Assembly (NCBI GenBank): GCA_043825735.1
Contig: JBDRRP010000044.1
Span: 1 to 63,740, forward strand
Reading direction: 5' to 3'
Source: Pseudomonadota bacterium
GTDB lineage: Bacteria > Desulfobacterota > Desulfobacteria > Desulfobacterales > JBDRRP01
DNA: 63,740 nucleotides
The notes beneath the pieces are model-generated. The model saw nothing but the letters and a program-made list of their open reading frames with translations. It searched no databases and was not told the DNA's origin. This document shows, piece by piece, positions 22,453 to 31,132 of the stretch. Each line of letters starts with the position of its first letter. Position 1 is the first letter of the stretch. Made by a program: the position numbers and the translations under genes.

Positions 22453-23397
22453 ATGACAATGGATCCGGCAGCCATCGATCAGGTCAGGTTAAACTTCAAC
22501 CCCCAAGGGCTGATGGTCATTAACATCGCGATCGGCCTCATGATGCTCGGCGTCAGCCTTGACCTCAGCCTGGATGACTTCAAACGCGTTGTGAAGGCGC
22601 CCAAGGCGCCGCTGATCGGCCTGGTGGCGCAGTTTCTGCTGCTGCCGGCCTTTACGTACCTGCTCACCCTGATCCTCCATCCCATCCCGTCCATCGCACT
22701 GGGAATGATTCTGGTGGCGGCCTGCCCCGGCGGCAACCTGTCCAACATCATCACCTACCTGGCCAAGGGCAACTGCGCGGTTTCAATCAGCATGACGGCC
22801 ATTTCCACCGCAGTCGCGATCTTCATGACACCGCTGAACCTCTCCCTCTGGGGGGGCCTCAATGGCGCCACCGCCAAGATTCTGCGCTCGGTCCAGCTCA
22901 GCCCTGTGGACGTCTTTGTCACGGTGTTCGTCATCCTCGGCATCCCCTTGATGGCCGGGCAGGTACTCAAACGGCTGTTTCCGAATCTTGCCGACCGGGT
23001 GAGAAAACCCTTCAAGATCTTCTCCCTGTTTTTTTTCATCATCATCGTCCTGGGCGCCTTGGCGGCCAACTGGAAAAACTTTATCGCCTACGTAGGAATG
23101 TTTATTCTGGTGGTCGTCATCCATAACGCGCTGGCCTTGAACATCGGCTACTGGTCCGGCCGCCTGGCGCGCCTGCCCGAGCGCGACTGCCGGGCCACCT
23201 GTATCGAGGTGGGGATCCAGAACTCAGCCCTCGGGCTGGTGCTGGTGTTCAATTTCTTCGACGGCCTGGGGGGGATGGCCATCCTGGTGGCGCTCTGGGG
23301 CATCTGGCACATCGTGGCGGGTCTGATCACCGCTTTTATTTTCACCCGTCGCAAGCTGCCCGGGGACGATCCGGCCCCGGCGGAATGCAATATTTGA
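22453..23397 (+). CDS. Bile acid:sodium symporter (BASS) family transporter
   Basis: AQFLLLP, ACPGGNLSN, IEVGIQNS; multi-TM. Confidence 0.92.
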   Translation: MTMDPAAIDQVRLNFNPQGLMVINIAIGLMMLGVSLDLSLDDFKRVVKAPKAPLIGLVAQFLLLPAFTYLLTLILHPIPSIALGMILVAACPGGNLSNIITYLAKGNCAVSISMTAISTAVAIFMTPLNLSLWGGLNGATAKILRSVQLSPVDVFVTVFVILGIPLMAGQVLKRLFPNLADRVRKPFKIFSLFFFIIIVLGALAANWKNFIAYVGMFILVVVIHNALALNIGYWSGRLARLPERDCRATCIEVGIQNSALGLVLVFNFFDGLGGMAILVALWGIWHIVAGLITAFIFTRRKLPGDDPAPAECNI

Positions 23398-23426
23398 TTC
23401 GGAACCGCCGCAACCCAAAACCGTTT

Positions 23427-23563
23427 TCGCGCAGAGCCGCAGGGGCGCAGAGGAAACCCGACTTGAAAACTGTGAAAATCACAGATAGAAGGCGCCCTTT
23501 ACCGACTGATGGATATGGCTTCTTCTCATTTAAGAGTCAGCAGTTCTTTGCGTCTCTGCGCGA
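23427..23563. repeat. Palindromic 9-bp-unit element (CGCAGAG variant)
   Basis: TCGCGCAGAGCCGCAGGGGCGCAGAG...CTTTGCGTCTCTGCGCGA. Confidence 0.75.
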
Positions 23564-23594
23564 GCAATTGATTTTTTAGGGTGAAACGAATCTT

Positions 23595-24407
23595 ATGGCC
23601 AAACGCAATTTCAAGGACAAGACAGTCGTCATCACCGGCGGGGCCAGCGGCATCGGCCTGGCCACGGCCCAGCGGTTCGCCCGCGCCGGTGCGCGGCTGG
23701 CGCTCATTGACGCCGACGGCGACGGGCTCGCCCGATGCGCCGAAGACTTCAGGCGCCAGGGCGTCCCGGTCGAAGCCATCACCACCGACGTGACCTCCCA
23801 GCCGGACTGCGCCGCCGCCATGGACAGAATCATCGCACGCTTCGGGGGCATCGACGTTCTTTTCAACAACGCGGGCATCACCCAGCGGGGGGCCTTCAGG
23901 GACACGGACGTGTCTGTCTATCAACGGGTCATGGCCGTCAACTTCTTCGGCGCGCTATACTGCACCAAGGCGGCTATCGACAGCCTCATCGCCCGGTGCG
24001 GGGTGATCATCTCCAACGAAAGCATCGCCGGGGTGGCGCCCGTTTTAGGGCGCACCGGCTACTGCGCCAGCAAGCACGCCATGCACGGACTGTTCACCTC
24101 GCTTCGGGCAGAAGTTCGCCATCTTGGGGTACACGTCATGATCGTCTGCCCCGGGTTTATCAAAACCAACCTTCAGACCCGCGCCTTGGGCTGCGATGGC
24201 ACCGTCACCCGCCACCCCCAGTCCCACGTCGGCCGCCACGACACGGCCGAAAATGCCGCCGATGCCATTTTCCGCGGCGCCGAGCGCGAGCGGCCCATGA
24301 TCGTTCTGACCCCGGTGGGTAAACTGGGCGTTTTGCTGAGCCGCTTCGTTCCGGCCTTCTACGAGCGCCAGATGACCCGGCGGCTCAAAAGCGAATTGGA
24401 TTACTGA
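23595..24407 (+). CDS. SDR family oxidoreductase
   Basis: TGGASGIG, NNAG, YCASK. Confidence 0.92.
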   Translation: MAKRNFKDKTVVITGGASGIGLATAQRFARAGARLALIDADGDGLARCAEDFRRQGVPVEAITTDVTSQPDCAAAMDRIIARFGGIDVLFNNAGITQRGAFRDTDVSVYQRVMAVNFFGALYCTKAAIDSLIARCGVIISNESIAGVAPVLGRTGYCASKHAMHGLFTSLRAEVRHLGVHVMIVCPGFIKTNLQTRALGCDGTVTRHPQSHVGRHDTAENAADAIFRGAERERPMIVLTPVGKLGVLLSRFVPAFYERQMTRRLKSELDY

Positions 24408-24446
24408 AATGGACCGTCGCGATGATTCAAAACCCTGGGAGATGTA

Positions 24447-24658
24447 CACCACGAAGGACACGAAGATCACGAAGAAAGCCCAATAAAGGCATTAACCATC
24501 GAGCCCTTTTTAACATTCTTGTGTTGCCTTAAGGTCCAAACGGGAATCGATATTATAAGGCACTATTGAACAGAGGTCGCGATTATCATTCATAATGAAA
24601 ATACAACTGGTCTTTAGTCACGCGTTTTCTCTTCGTGCACTTCGTGCCCTTCGTGGTT
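24447..24658. repeat. Palindromic 9-bp-unit element with ~150-bp AT-rich spacer
   Basis: CACCACGAAGGACACGAAGATCACGAAG...CTTCGTGCACTTCGTGCCCTTCGTGGTT. Confidence 0.85.
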
Positions 24659-24678
24659 CAATACTAAGGTCGTAAAAT

Positions 24679-24942
24679 ATGCTATACGAACTGCTCTACG
24701 GCACCGTGCACTGCACCGGCCGCATCACTTACAGCGCCGGCAGCGTCCCCACCCGAGACGAAGCGTTAGGCTGGTGCAAGGGCACAGACGGCGCGACGCC
24801 CGGCGGGATGCGGATCCCTGAAACCGACCCGCTCCGATGGTGCCCGGTTCGGCATTGCCACATGAAGCGCCAGCGCCCCTGGCGCGCATTCCGGGAAATC
24901 CCGTCTGCCGGCAGCACGCCGGTCCGTCCGGAGAATGCGTAA
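24679..24942 (+). CDS. Small hypothetical Cys/His-containing protein
   Basis: Stop overlaps TetR start (TAATG); HC and CPVRHCH motifs. Confidence 0.55.
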   Translation: MLYELLYGTVHCTGRITYSAGSVPTRDEALGWCKGTDGATPGGMRIPETDPLRWCPVRHCHMKRQRPWRAFREIPSAGSTPVRPENA

Positions 24943-25589
24943 TGGGCCTCAAGGAGAGAAGAAAAAGGGAAAAAAGCGAGCGGCGCGGCCAGATCATGGC
25001 CGCGGCCCGGTCTCTGCTTTTTGACAAAGGGCTTGCCGCCACATCAATCAACCAGATCGCCAAACGGGCCGAACTGGGCGTAGGCACCATCTATTTCTAC
25101 TTCCAGAGCAAGGAGGAGCTTTTTGCCGTTCTGCAGGTGGAGGGGCTTCAACTGCTGCTCGAGCGCATCGCTTCGGCCTGCGAAAAACACGCGGACCCGG
25201 CGGCCCGGCTGAAGGCCGCGGCCATGGTCTACCTCGAATTCAGCAACGACCAGCTGCGCTATTTCGACGTCATCAACTATTTCCTGTCCGCGCCCGAAGT
25301 GCTGCTATCCGCCGAGCTCAAACGGCGGGTCGATCAGAAAAGCGCCGACATTCTCGCCGCCATCGCCGATATTGTCACCGCCGGTGTGAACGACGGGATG
25401 TTTCGGCCCATGGATGCCGACGAAACGGCCATTCTCTTCTGGGGAAGCATCCACGGCCTCGTCCAGTTCCGCAAACTCGAAAGCACCGCCCTCAACGGAC
25501 GCTCCCACACATCGATCTTCAGTCGGGCGGTGGATCACCTGCTGAGCGGGCTGAAATCGCCGGCGGCCGCCGGCACGGCAGGCACCTGA
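24942..25589 (+). CDS. TetR/AcrR family transcriptional regulator
   Basis: TSINQIAKRAELGVGTIYFYFQSKEELF HTH. Confidence 0.92.
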   Translation: MGLKERRKREKSERRGQIMAAARSLLFDKGLAATSINQIAKRAELGVGTIYFYFQSKEELFAVLQVEGLQLLLERIASACEKHADPAARLKAAAMVYLEFSNDQLRYFDVINYFLSAPEVLLSAELKRRVDQKSADILAAIADIVTAGVNDGMFRPMDADETAILFWGSIHGLVQFRKLESTALNGRSHTSIFSRAVDHLLSGLKSPAAAGTAGT

Positions 25590-26506
25590 TGAGTGTCGAC
25601 CGAACCGTCGCCACAGTCATCGACCCCGCGCGCTGCATCGGCTGCGGGGCCTGCGTGCGGGTCTGCCCCAAAGAAACCCTCTCTGTTATGGACGGCACCG
25701 CCCGGGTAACGGGCGCCGAGTCGCTGCACTGCGGTCACTGCGAAGCCGCGTGCCCCACGGGGGCCGCGCGGGTGACCACCCTGCCCGAAGCGGTTCTGGC
25801 GACCGAGACCTTCACCACGCCCACCCGGTGGATCGCCCCCGGCACCACAGACCCCGGCGCCCTGGTGCAGATCATGCGCTCTCGCCGCTCCTGCCGCAAC
25901 TACCTTGACCGGCCGGTCTCCGAGGCCATGCTCCGAGATCTGGTGCGCATTGCCGTCACCGCACCCTCCGGATCCAACTGCCAGCAGTGGACCTTCACCC
26001 TGGTGCCCGATCGCGCCCGCGTCATCGCGCTGGGCGAGGCCACCCTGCCTTTCTTTGAAAAACTCAATCGTCAGGCACAGATGGGCTGGCTGAGAAACCT
26101 GTTGAAACTGGCGGGAAAACCCGAACTGGATTTCTACTACCGGCAGTATTATGCCGCCGTGAAGGAAAAGATCGCCGACTGGAAAACGAAGGGGCGCGAT
26201 TTTCTGTTCTGGAGCGCCCCGGCCGCCATCGTCATCGCAACGATGCCCGGTGCCAGCTGCCCGAAGGAAGACGCCCTGATGGCCGCCCAGAATCTGCTTC
26301 TCGGCGCGCACGCCATGGGGCTTGGCACCTGTCCCATCGGCTATGCGGTGGCGGCCATGAACCGCGATGCCGCCATCCAGGCCTCCTTGGGCATTCCGGC
26401 CGTAGAGACCGTCCACGCCGTCATCACCGTAGGCTGGCCCGACGAGACCTACCACCGCCTCACCGGCCGCAAACCGCCAGTCGTGCGAACAGCCCCAAAG
26501 GTCTAA
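25589..26506 (+). CDS. Nitroreductase family protein with N-terminal ferredoxin-like domain
   Basis: CIGCGACVRVCP and SLHCGHCEAACP; RRSCR, APSGSN, LGTC. Confidence 0.9.
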   Translation: MSVDRTVATVIDPARCIGCGACVRVCPKETLSVMDGTARVTGAESLHCGHCEAACPTGAARVTTLPEAVLATETFTTPTRWIAPGTTDPGALVQIMRSRRSCRNYLDRPVSEAMLRDLVRIAVTAPSGSNCQQWTFTLVPDRARVIALGEATLPFFEKLNRQAQMGWLRNLLKLAGKPELDFYYRQYYAAVKEKIADWKTKGRDFLFWSAPAAIVIATMPGASCPKEDALMAAQNLLLGAHAMGLGTCPIGYAVAAMNRDAAIQASLGIPAVETVHAVITVGWPDETYHRLTGRKPPVVRTAPKV

Positions 26507-26658
26507 TACTACCGCGCTGCCGAGGCAGGGGCAACCGCTTCCCTGAAGGCTATTTTTATACGCTTATGCAGAAAGCGCCGGTGTTCTCTTCCCACAGCGA
26601 TGTTGCGCCACGAAAGTCACGGTGGGCTATAGTGTTAAAGACCGGTCGCGGCGGCAAA

Positions 26659-27273
26659 CTATTGCCCGGACAGAAAATGCCTCACCACATCCGCCAGCGC
26701 ATCGAACTGGCCCCAGTAGAAATGGTCGGCCATGGGCATCTCGTGGTAGCGGCAGGCGGGGTTCCAGCGGGCAAGATGGGATTTTACAAGATCGGGCGGG
26801 CCGTAGGTGTCCAGCCGGCCGGTGACCGCCAGTGACAGTGCGGGCAGGCTTTCCACCGCCGAAAAATCCATGAACGCCACCGGCGGGCTGATCATGATCA
26901 TGTGGTCCACGGCTACCGGCGGATCACTGAGATGGGCCATGACCCAGGCCCCGAACGAATACCCGGCCAGTCCGATCCGGTCGTTTTCCTGGGCTGCCAG
27001 CCATGTCATGGCGGCGGCCAGATCAATTGTCTCCCCGCGCCCGTCGTCAAACTGACCGGTGCTGCGGCCCACCCCCCTGAAATTGAACCGCAAGGTGGCC
27101 CAGCCGGCCCGGTGGTAGACCTCTGCCAGAGATTCCACCACGGGGTTGTCCATATCGCCCCCATAAAGGGGATGGGGGTGGGTTACCACTGCTCCCCGGC
27201 CAGCGGCACCCGGCTGGTAGAGACCGTCAAGGGTCAAATCTCCCGAAGGAAAGGATATGCGCTCGGTCGTCAC
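26659..27273 (-). CDS. Alpha/beta hydrolase
   Basis: HPHPLYGGDMDN, RFNFRGVG, GYSFG, DHF. Confidence 0.88.
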   Translation of the reverse strand: MTTERISFPSGDLTLDGLYQPGAAGRGAVVTHPHPLYGGDMDNPVVESLAEVYHRAGWATLRFNFRGVGRSTGQFDDGRGETIDLAAAMTWLAAQENDRIGLAGYSFGAWVMAHLSDPPVAVDHMIMISPPVAFMDFSAVESLPALSLAVTGRLDTYGPPDLVKSHLARWNPACRYHEMPMADHFYWGQFDALADVVRHFLSGQ

Positions 27274-28418
27274 CGCTTCCCGCCCGGTTTTCGGGCGATG
27301 GCGCTGACCATGGCCGCGCCGAAGGCATCAATCTGCCATCGCTTGAGCAATGTGCACCGCCCCAGCGCATCGACGTCCTGGGGATTGGCGATCGCCACTT
27401 CCGTGATCTGGGCCTTGGTGCAGACCACTGACGGATCCAGCCCCAGCCGCCCGGCTTCGCCGTCGCGCCAGGTCTTGAGGCGCTGGATGCGCTCAGGCGC
27501 CATGCGGGGCAGGCGCGGCGCGCGTTTGCGCGGGTAGATGGGCAGCGCGGCGCCCGGCAGTTTCATGGCGGCGCCGACCTGGGCGAGAACGCCTTGTCCC
27601 AGGCTGGCCATCTGCCGGTCGCTGAGGGCTTTCAACGCGGCCAGATCATTGAGGTCGCTGGGCTTGGCGGCTGCGATCGTCAACAAACTCTGGGCACTCA
27701 TCACCTTAAACGGTGGCCGGTCCTTTTTTTCGGCCATGGACGCCCGGTAGACGAGTAGTTTTTCCAGAACGGCCAGCCCGCGGCGGTCCAGGGTGCCGGC
27801 CCCCTTGCACTTGAGAAACAGGGGCGCTGGCTCCCCGGTGTCGGCCCGTACACGACTGAGCAGCCGGCACTCCTCCAGCACCCATTCCAGACGCCCCAAC
27901 GCGGTGAGCTCACCGGTGAGCTTTTCGGCCAGATGGATCAGATAGATGGCGTCGGCGGCGGCATAGGCCACCATCTCCTCGGGCAAGGGCCGCTGGGCCC
28001 AGTCTTTTTTCTGGTAGCGTTTGTCCAAGTGGACATCGAAATACCGGGAGACCACGGCGTCAAGGCCGGTTTCGCTCTGACCGGTGAACACCGACGCCAA
28101 CTGGGTGTCGAAGAGGTTGTTGATTTCAAAGCCGAAATCCCGGTACAAGGAGCGCACGTCGTAATCGGCGCCATGAAACACCTTGCGGATGCCCGGATCG
28201 GCAAACAACGCCGCCAGTGGACTCAAATCCGTCACCGCCAGGGGATCCACCACTGCGTTGATACCGTCGGCGGCCAGCTGGAGCAGGCACACCTTTTCGT
28301 GGAAATGATGCATGGAGTCGGCCTCCAGATCCACGGCGATGATGGGTTGGGGAGTGAGGCGGCTGGCCAGCCGTTGCAGGGCGTCAGTGGAATCGATGAA
28401 CTCGTATGGTATGGTCAT
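27270..28418 (-). CDS. rnd: Ribonuclease D (DEDD exonuclease + HRDC)
   Basis: AVDLEADS, KVFHGADYD, FDTQLA, DWAQRPL, YAAAD. Confidence 0.88.
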   Translation of the reverse strand: MTIPYEFIDSTDALQRLASRLTPQPIIAVDLEADSMHHFHEKVCLLQLAADGINAVVDPLAVTDLSPLAALFADPGIRKVFHGADYDVRSLYRDFGFEINNLFDTQLASVFTGQSETGLDAVVSRYFDVHLDKRYQKKDWAQRPLPEEMVAYAAADAIYLIHLAEKLTGELTALGRLEWVLEECRLLSRVRADTGEPAPLFLKCKGAGTLDRRGLAVLEKLLVYRASMAEKKDRPPFKVMSAQSLLTIAAAKPSDLNDLAALKALSDRQMASLGQGVLAQVGAAMKLPGAALPIYPRKRAPRLPRMAPERIQRLKTWRDGEAGRLGLDPSVVCTKAQITEVAIANPQDVDALGRCTLLKRWQIDAFGAAMVSAIARKPGGKR

Positions 28419-28574
28419 AGATAGTCGGCTGGTATGCAGAGACGGCACCAGTTTTTCCTTGACCGGTGCCACTACTTCCCTTAGGTTTTGGTTTTTGCGG
28501 TGTTCCGGCACCGGGGATGCACCCCGGCAACCGACGAATTGGACGTTCTACACACACATGTGGATATGATCACC

Positions 28575-30488
28575 ATGGTCAACATAACACTTCCCGATGG
28601 AAGCATAAAGCGTTTTGAGACCCCCCCCACAGGGCTGGACATTGCCAAGAGCATCTCCGAGGGGCTGGCGCGCGAGACCGTCGCCATGATCGTGGACGGC
28701 GCCACGATGGACCTGGACCGGGAAATCCCCCGGGATGCCGGCGTGCGCCTTATCACCACTCGCGACCCGGAAGCCCTGGAAATCCTGCGCCACAGCGCGG
28801 CCCACGTCATGGCCCAGGCGATTTTGCACCTGTACAAGGATGCCAAACTCACCATCGGTCCGGCCGTTGAAGGCGGCTTTTACTACGATATCGATATGGA
28901 GCCGATCTCGGAAGAAGGTTTTGCCCGCATCGAGGAGGAGATGAAGGCCGCTGTCAAGGCCAAGCTCCCCTTTGTCCGGCGCACCGTGACCAAAGCCGAG
29001 GCCGAAGCCTTCTACAAGGATGAGCCCTACAAACTGGAAATGATCGGCGATCTCGCCGACGGCACCATCAGCTTCTACGAACACGGCGATTTCACCGATC
29101 TGTGCCGGGGGCCCCACATTCCCCACACCGGTTTTATCAAGGCCTTCAAGCTCATGAAGGTCTCGGGCGCCTACTGGCGCGCCGACCAGAGCAAAGCACA
29201 GCTCCAGCGGATCTACGGCACGGCCTTCTTTGACAAGAAAGACCTCAAGGCCCACCTCGAATTTCTCGAAGAGGCCAAAAAACGCAACCACCGCAAGATC
29301 GGTACCGCTCTGGAGCTGTTCAGCTTTCACGACGAAGCCCCGGGGATGGCTTTCTTCCATGCCAATGGCATGGTCCTGTGGAACTGCCTGCTCGATTACT
29401 GGCGCCAGGAGCACCTGACCGCCGGATATGTGGAAACCAAAACCCCCATCATGCTCAATCGCAACCTGTGGGAGCGCAGCGGCCACTGGGAAAACTACCG
29501 GGAAAACATGTACACGTCGGAAATCGACGAAATCGAGTACGCCATCAAACCCATGAACTGCCCGGGCGGCATGCTCCTTTATAAATCGACGCTGCATTCC
29601 TACCGGGACCTGCCCCTGCGGCAGGCCGAAATCGGCCTGGTGCACCGGCATGAAATGAGCGGCGTTCTCAACGGTCTGTTCCGGGTGCGCGCTTTCCACC
29701 AGGACGATGCCCACATTTTCATGACGCCCGAACAGATCCAGAGCGAAATTCTGGCGCTGCTCTCGTTGGAGGAGCGCATGTACGGCACCTTCGGTCTAGG
29801 GTTTCGGCTGGAACTCTCCACCCGGCCGGAGAAATCCATCGGCACCGACGCTCAGTGGGAAACGGCCACCAATGGCCTCGAATCGGCCCTGAAAGCCTAC
29901 GGCCGGGAGTACGTCATCAACGAAGGCGACGGCGCCTTTTACGGTCCCAAGATCGATTTTCACATCCAGGACGCCCTGGGCCGCACCTGGCAGTGCGGCA
30001 CGGTCCAGCTCGATATGAGCCTGCCCGAACGCTTTGACCTCAACTACATCGGTCAAGACAACGAGCGGCACCGCCCCATCATGGTCCACCGGACGGTATT
30101 CGGGTCCATCGAGCGTTTTTTGGGCATCCTCACCGAACATTTCGCGGGCAAGTTCCCCTTGTGGATGGCGCCGGTGCAGGTCGTCCTGCTGCCCATCAAC
30201 GATGAACTCGCGGCCTACGCCCACGGCGTTCAGCGAACGCTCCAAAGCGGCGGGCTGCGGGTAACGATGGATGATCGCACGCAAAGTCTCAACCGCAAGG
30301 TCCGCGACGCCCAGCTCAAAAACATCCCTCTCATCGTCACCATCGGCAACCGGGAAAAGGAGGCCGGCACCCTGTCGGTGCGCACCCTTGACGGCACGGT
30401 GCGCCAGGGCATCGCCGATGCGGCGTTTCTCGATGGGGTCACGCGGCATGTGGCCAGCCGATCCCTCGGCTATGACATTTTCGCCTGA
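28575..30488 (+). CDS. thrS: Threonine--tRNA ligase
   Basis: TGS domain, RHSAAH, DLCRGPH, KPMNCP, QDDAH, GAFYGPKID. Confidence 0.97.
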   Translation: MVNITLPDGSIKRFETPPTGLDIAKSISEGLARETVAMIVDGATMDLDREIPRDAGVRLITTRDPEALEILRHSAAHVMAQAILHLYKDAKLTIGPAVEGGFYYDIDMEPISEEGFARIEEEMKAAVKAKLPFVRRTVTKAEAEAFYKDEPYKLEMIGDLADGTISFYEHGDFTDLCRGPHIPHTGFIKAFKLMKVSGAYWRADQSKAQLQRIYGTAFFDKKDLKAHLEFLEEAKKRNHRKIGTALELFSFHDEAPGMAFFHANGMVLWNCLLDYWRQEHLTAGYVETKTPIMLNRNLWERSGHWENYRENMYTSEIDEIEYAIKPMNCPGGMLLYKSTLHSYRDLPLRQAEIGLVHRHEMSGVLNGLFRVRAFHQDDAHIFMTPEQIQSEILALLSLEERMYGTFGLGFRLELSTRPEKSIGTDAQWETATNGLESALKAYGREYVINEGDGAFYGPKIDFHIQDALGRTWQCGTVQLDMSLPERFDLNYIGQDNERHRPIMVHRTVFGSIERFLGILTEHFAGKFPLWMAPVQVVLLPINDELAAYAHGVQRTLQSGGLRVTMDDRTQSLNRKVRDAQLKNIPLIVTIGNREKEAGTLSVRTLDGTVRQGIADAAFLDGVTRHVASRSLGYDIFA

Positions 30489-30498
30489 GCGAGGCCCC

Positions 30499-30909
30499 AT
30501 GACCATGGACACGCGGATTCACCGGATCCCGGCCGCCTGGGGTCCGGTCATCATTTACTGCGCTGCGATCTTCGCGCAATCGTCGTTTCCGACCCCGGAC
30601 GCAGTGCCGTCTTTTTACATGTCCGACAAACTGCTCCACGCTTGCGCCTATGCGCTCATGGCGCTTCTGTTTTACAGAGCCCTTGGCCAGCACCGCGTAG
30701 GCGCCAGCCCCGTCAAACGGTCCATATTAACCATCGTTTTTACCGTGATTTACGGCATCAGCGACGAATTTCACCAGTCTTTCGTCCCGGGCCGCAGCCC
30801 GGAAGTTTTAGATGTGGCGGCCGATGGCGTCGGTGCGCTGATCGGAGTGATCGCGGCACAAAGATTCCGCCACTCCGGCACCCGCCGCCGCGCTGCGCCA
30901 ACCGATTGA
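30499..30909 (+). CDS. VanZ family membrane protein
   Basis: DKLLHACAY, SDEFHQSFVPGRS...DVAAD. Confidence 0.88.
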   Translation: MTMDTRIHRIPAAWGPVIIYCAAIFAQSSFPTPDAVPSFYMSDKLLHACAYALMALLFYRALGQHRVGASPVKRSILTIVFTVIYGISDEFHQSFVPGRSPEVLDVAADGVGALIGVIAAQRFRHSGTRRRAAPTD

Positions 30910-30934
30910 CAAAAACCGGTGCCTCCCCTATAAA
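30906..30934 (+). promoter_or_regulatory. sigma70 promoter of formate dehydrogenase
   Basis: TTGACA-N17-TATAAA. Confidence 0.65.
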
Positions 30935-30949
30935 TGCCCTATTCTTTTA

Positions 30950-31111
30950 TGGACGGACACTCATTAGTGTCCGTTCACAGGTGGTAGATTTTGGTTCCTG
31001 GCAAGGCCCGAGCGATTTTGCAACCGCAGGCATAGTCACCCTATTCCGAGGATTGCAAAGAGCGAGAACGCCGCCAGGGGCCAAAAGATGCCTCCTGTGG
31101 ACGGACACTCA
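30950..31111. repeat. Long hairpin/MITE-like element in the fdh leader
   Basis: Terminal inverted repeats AGTGTCCGTTCACAGG / CCTGTGGACGGACACT, nested inner arms, extra TGGACGGACACTCA copy at 30950. Confidence 0.75.
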
Positions 31112-31132
31112 CCAAGGAGGCGGATCCTGCGC

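Noticed and set aside
28420..28574. T-box leader for thrS
   Set aside because: Short region shared with divergent rnd; no T-box motif or terminator seen.
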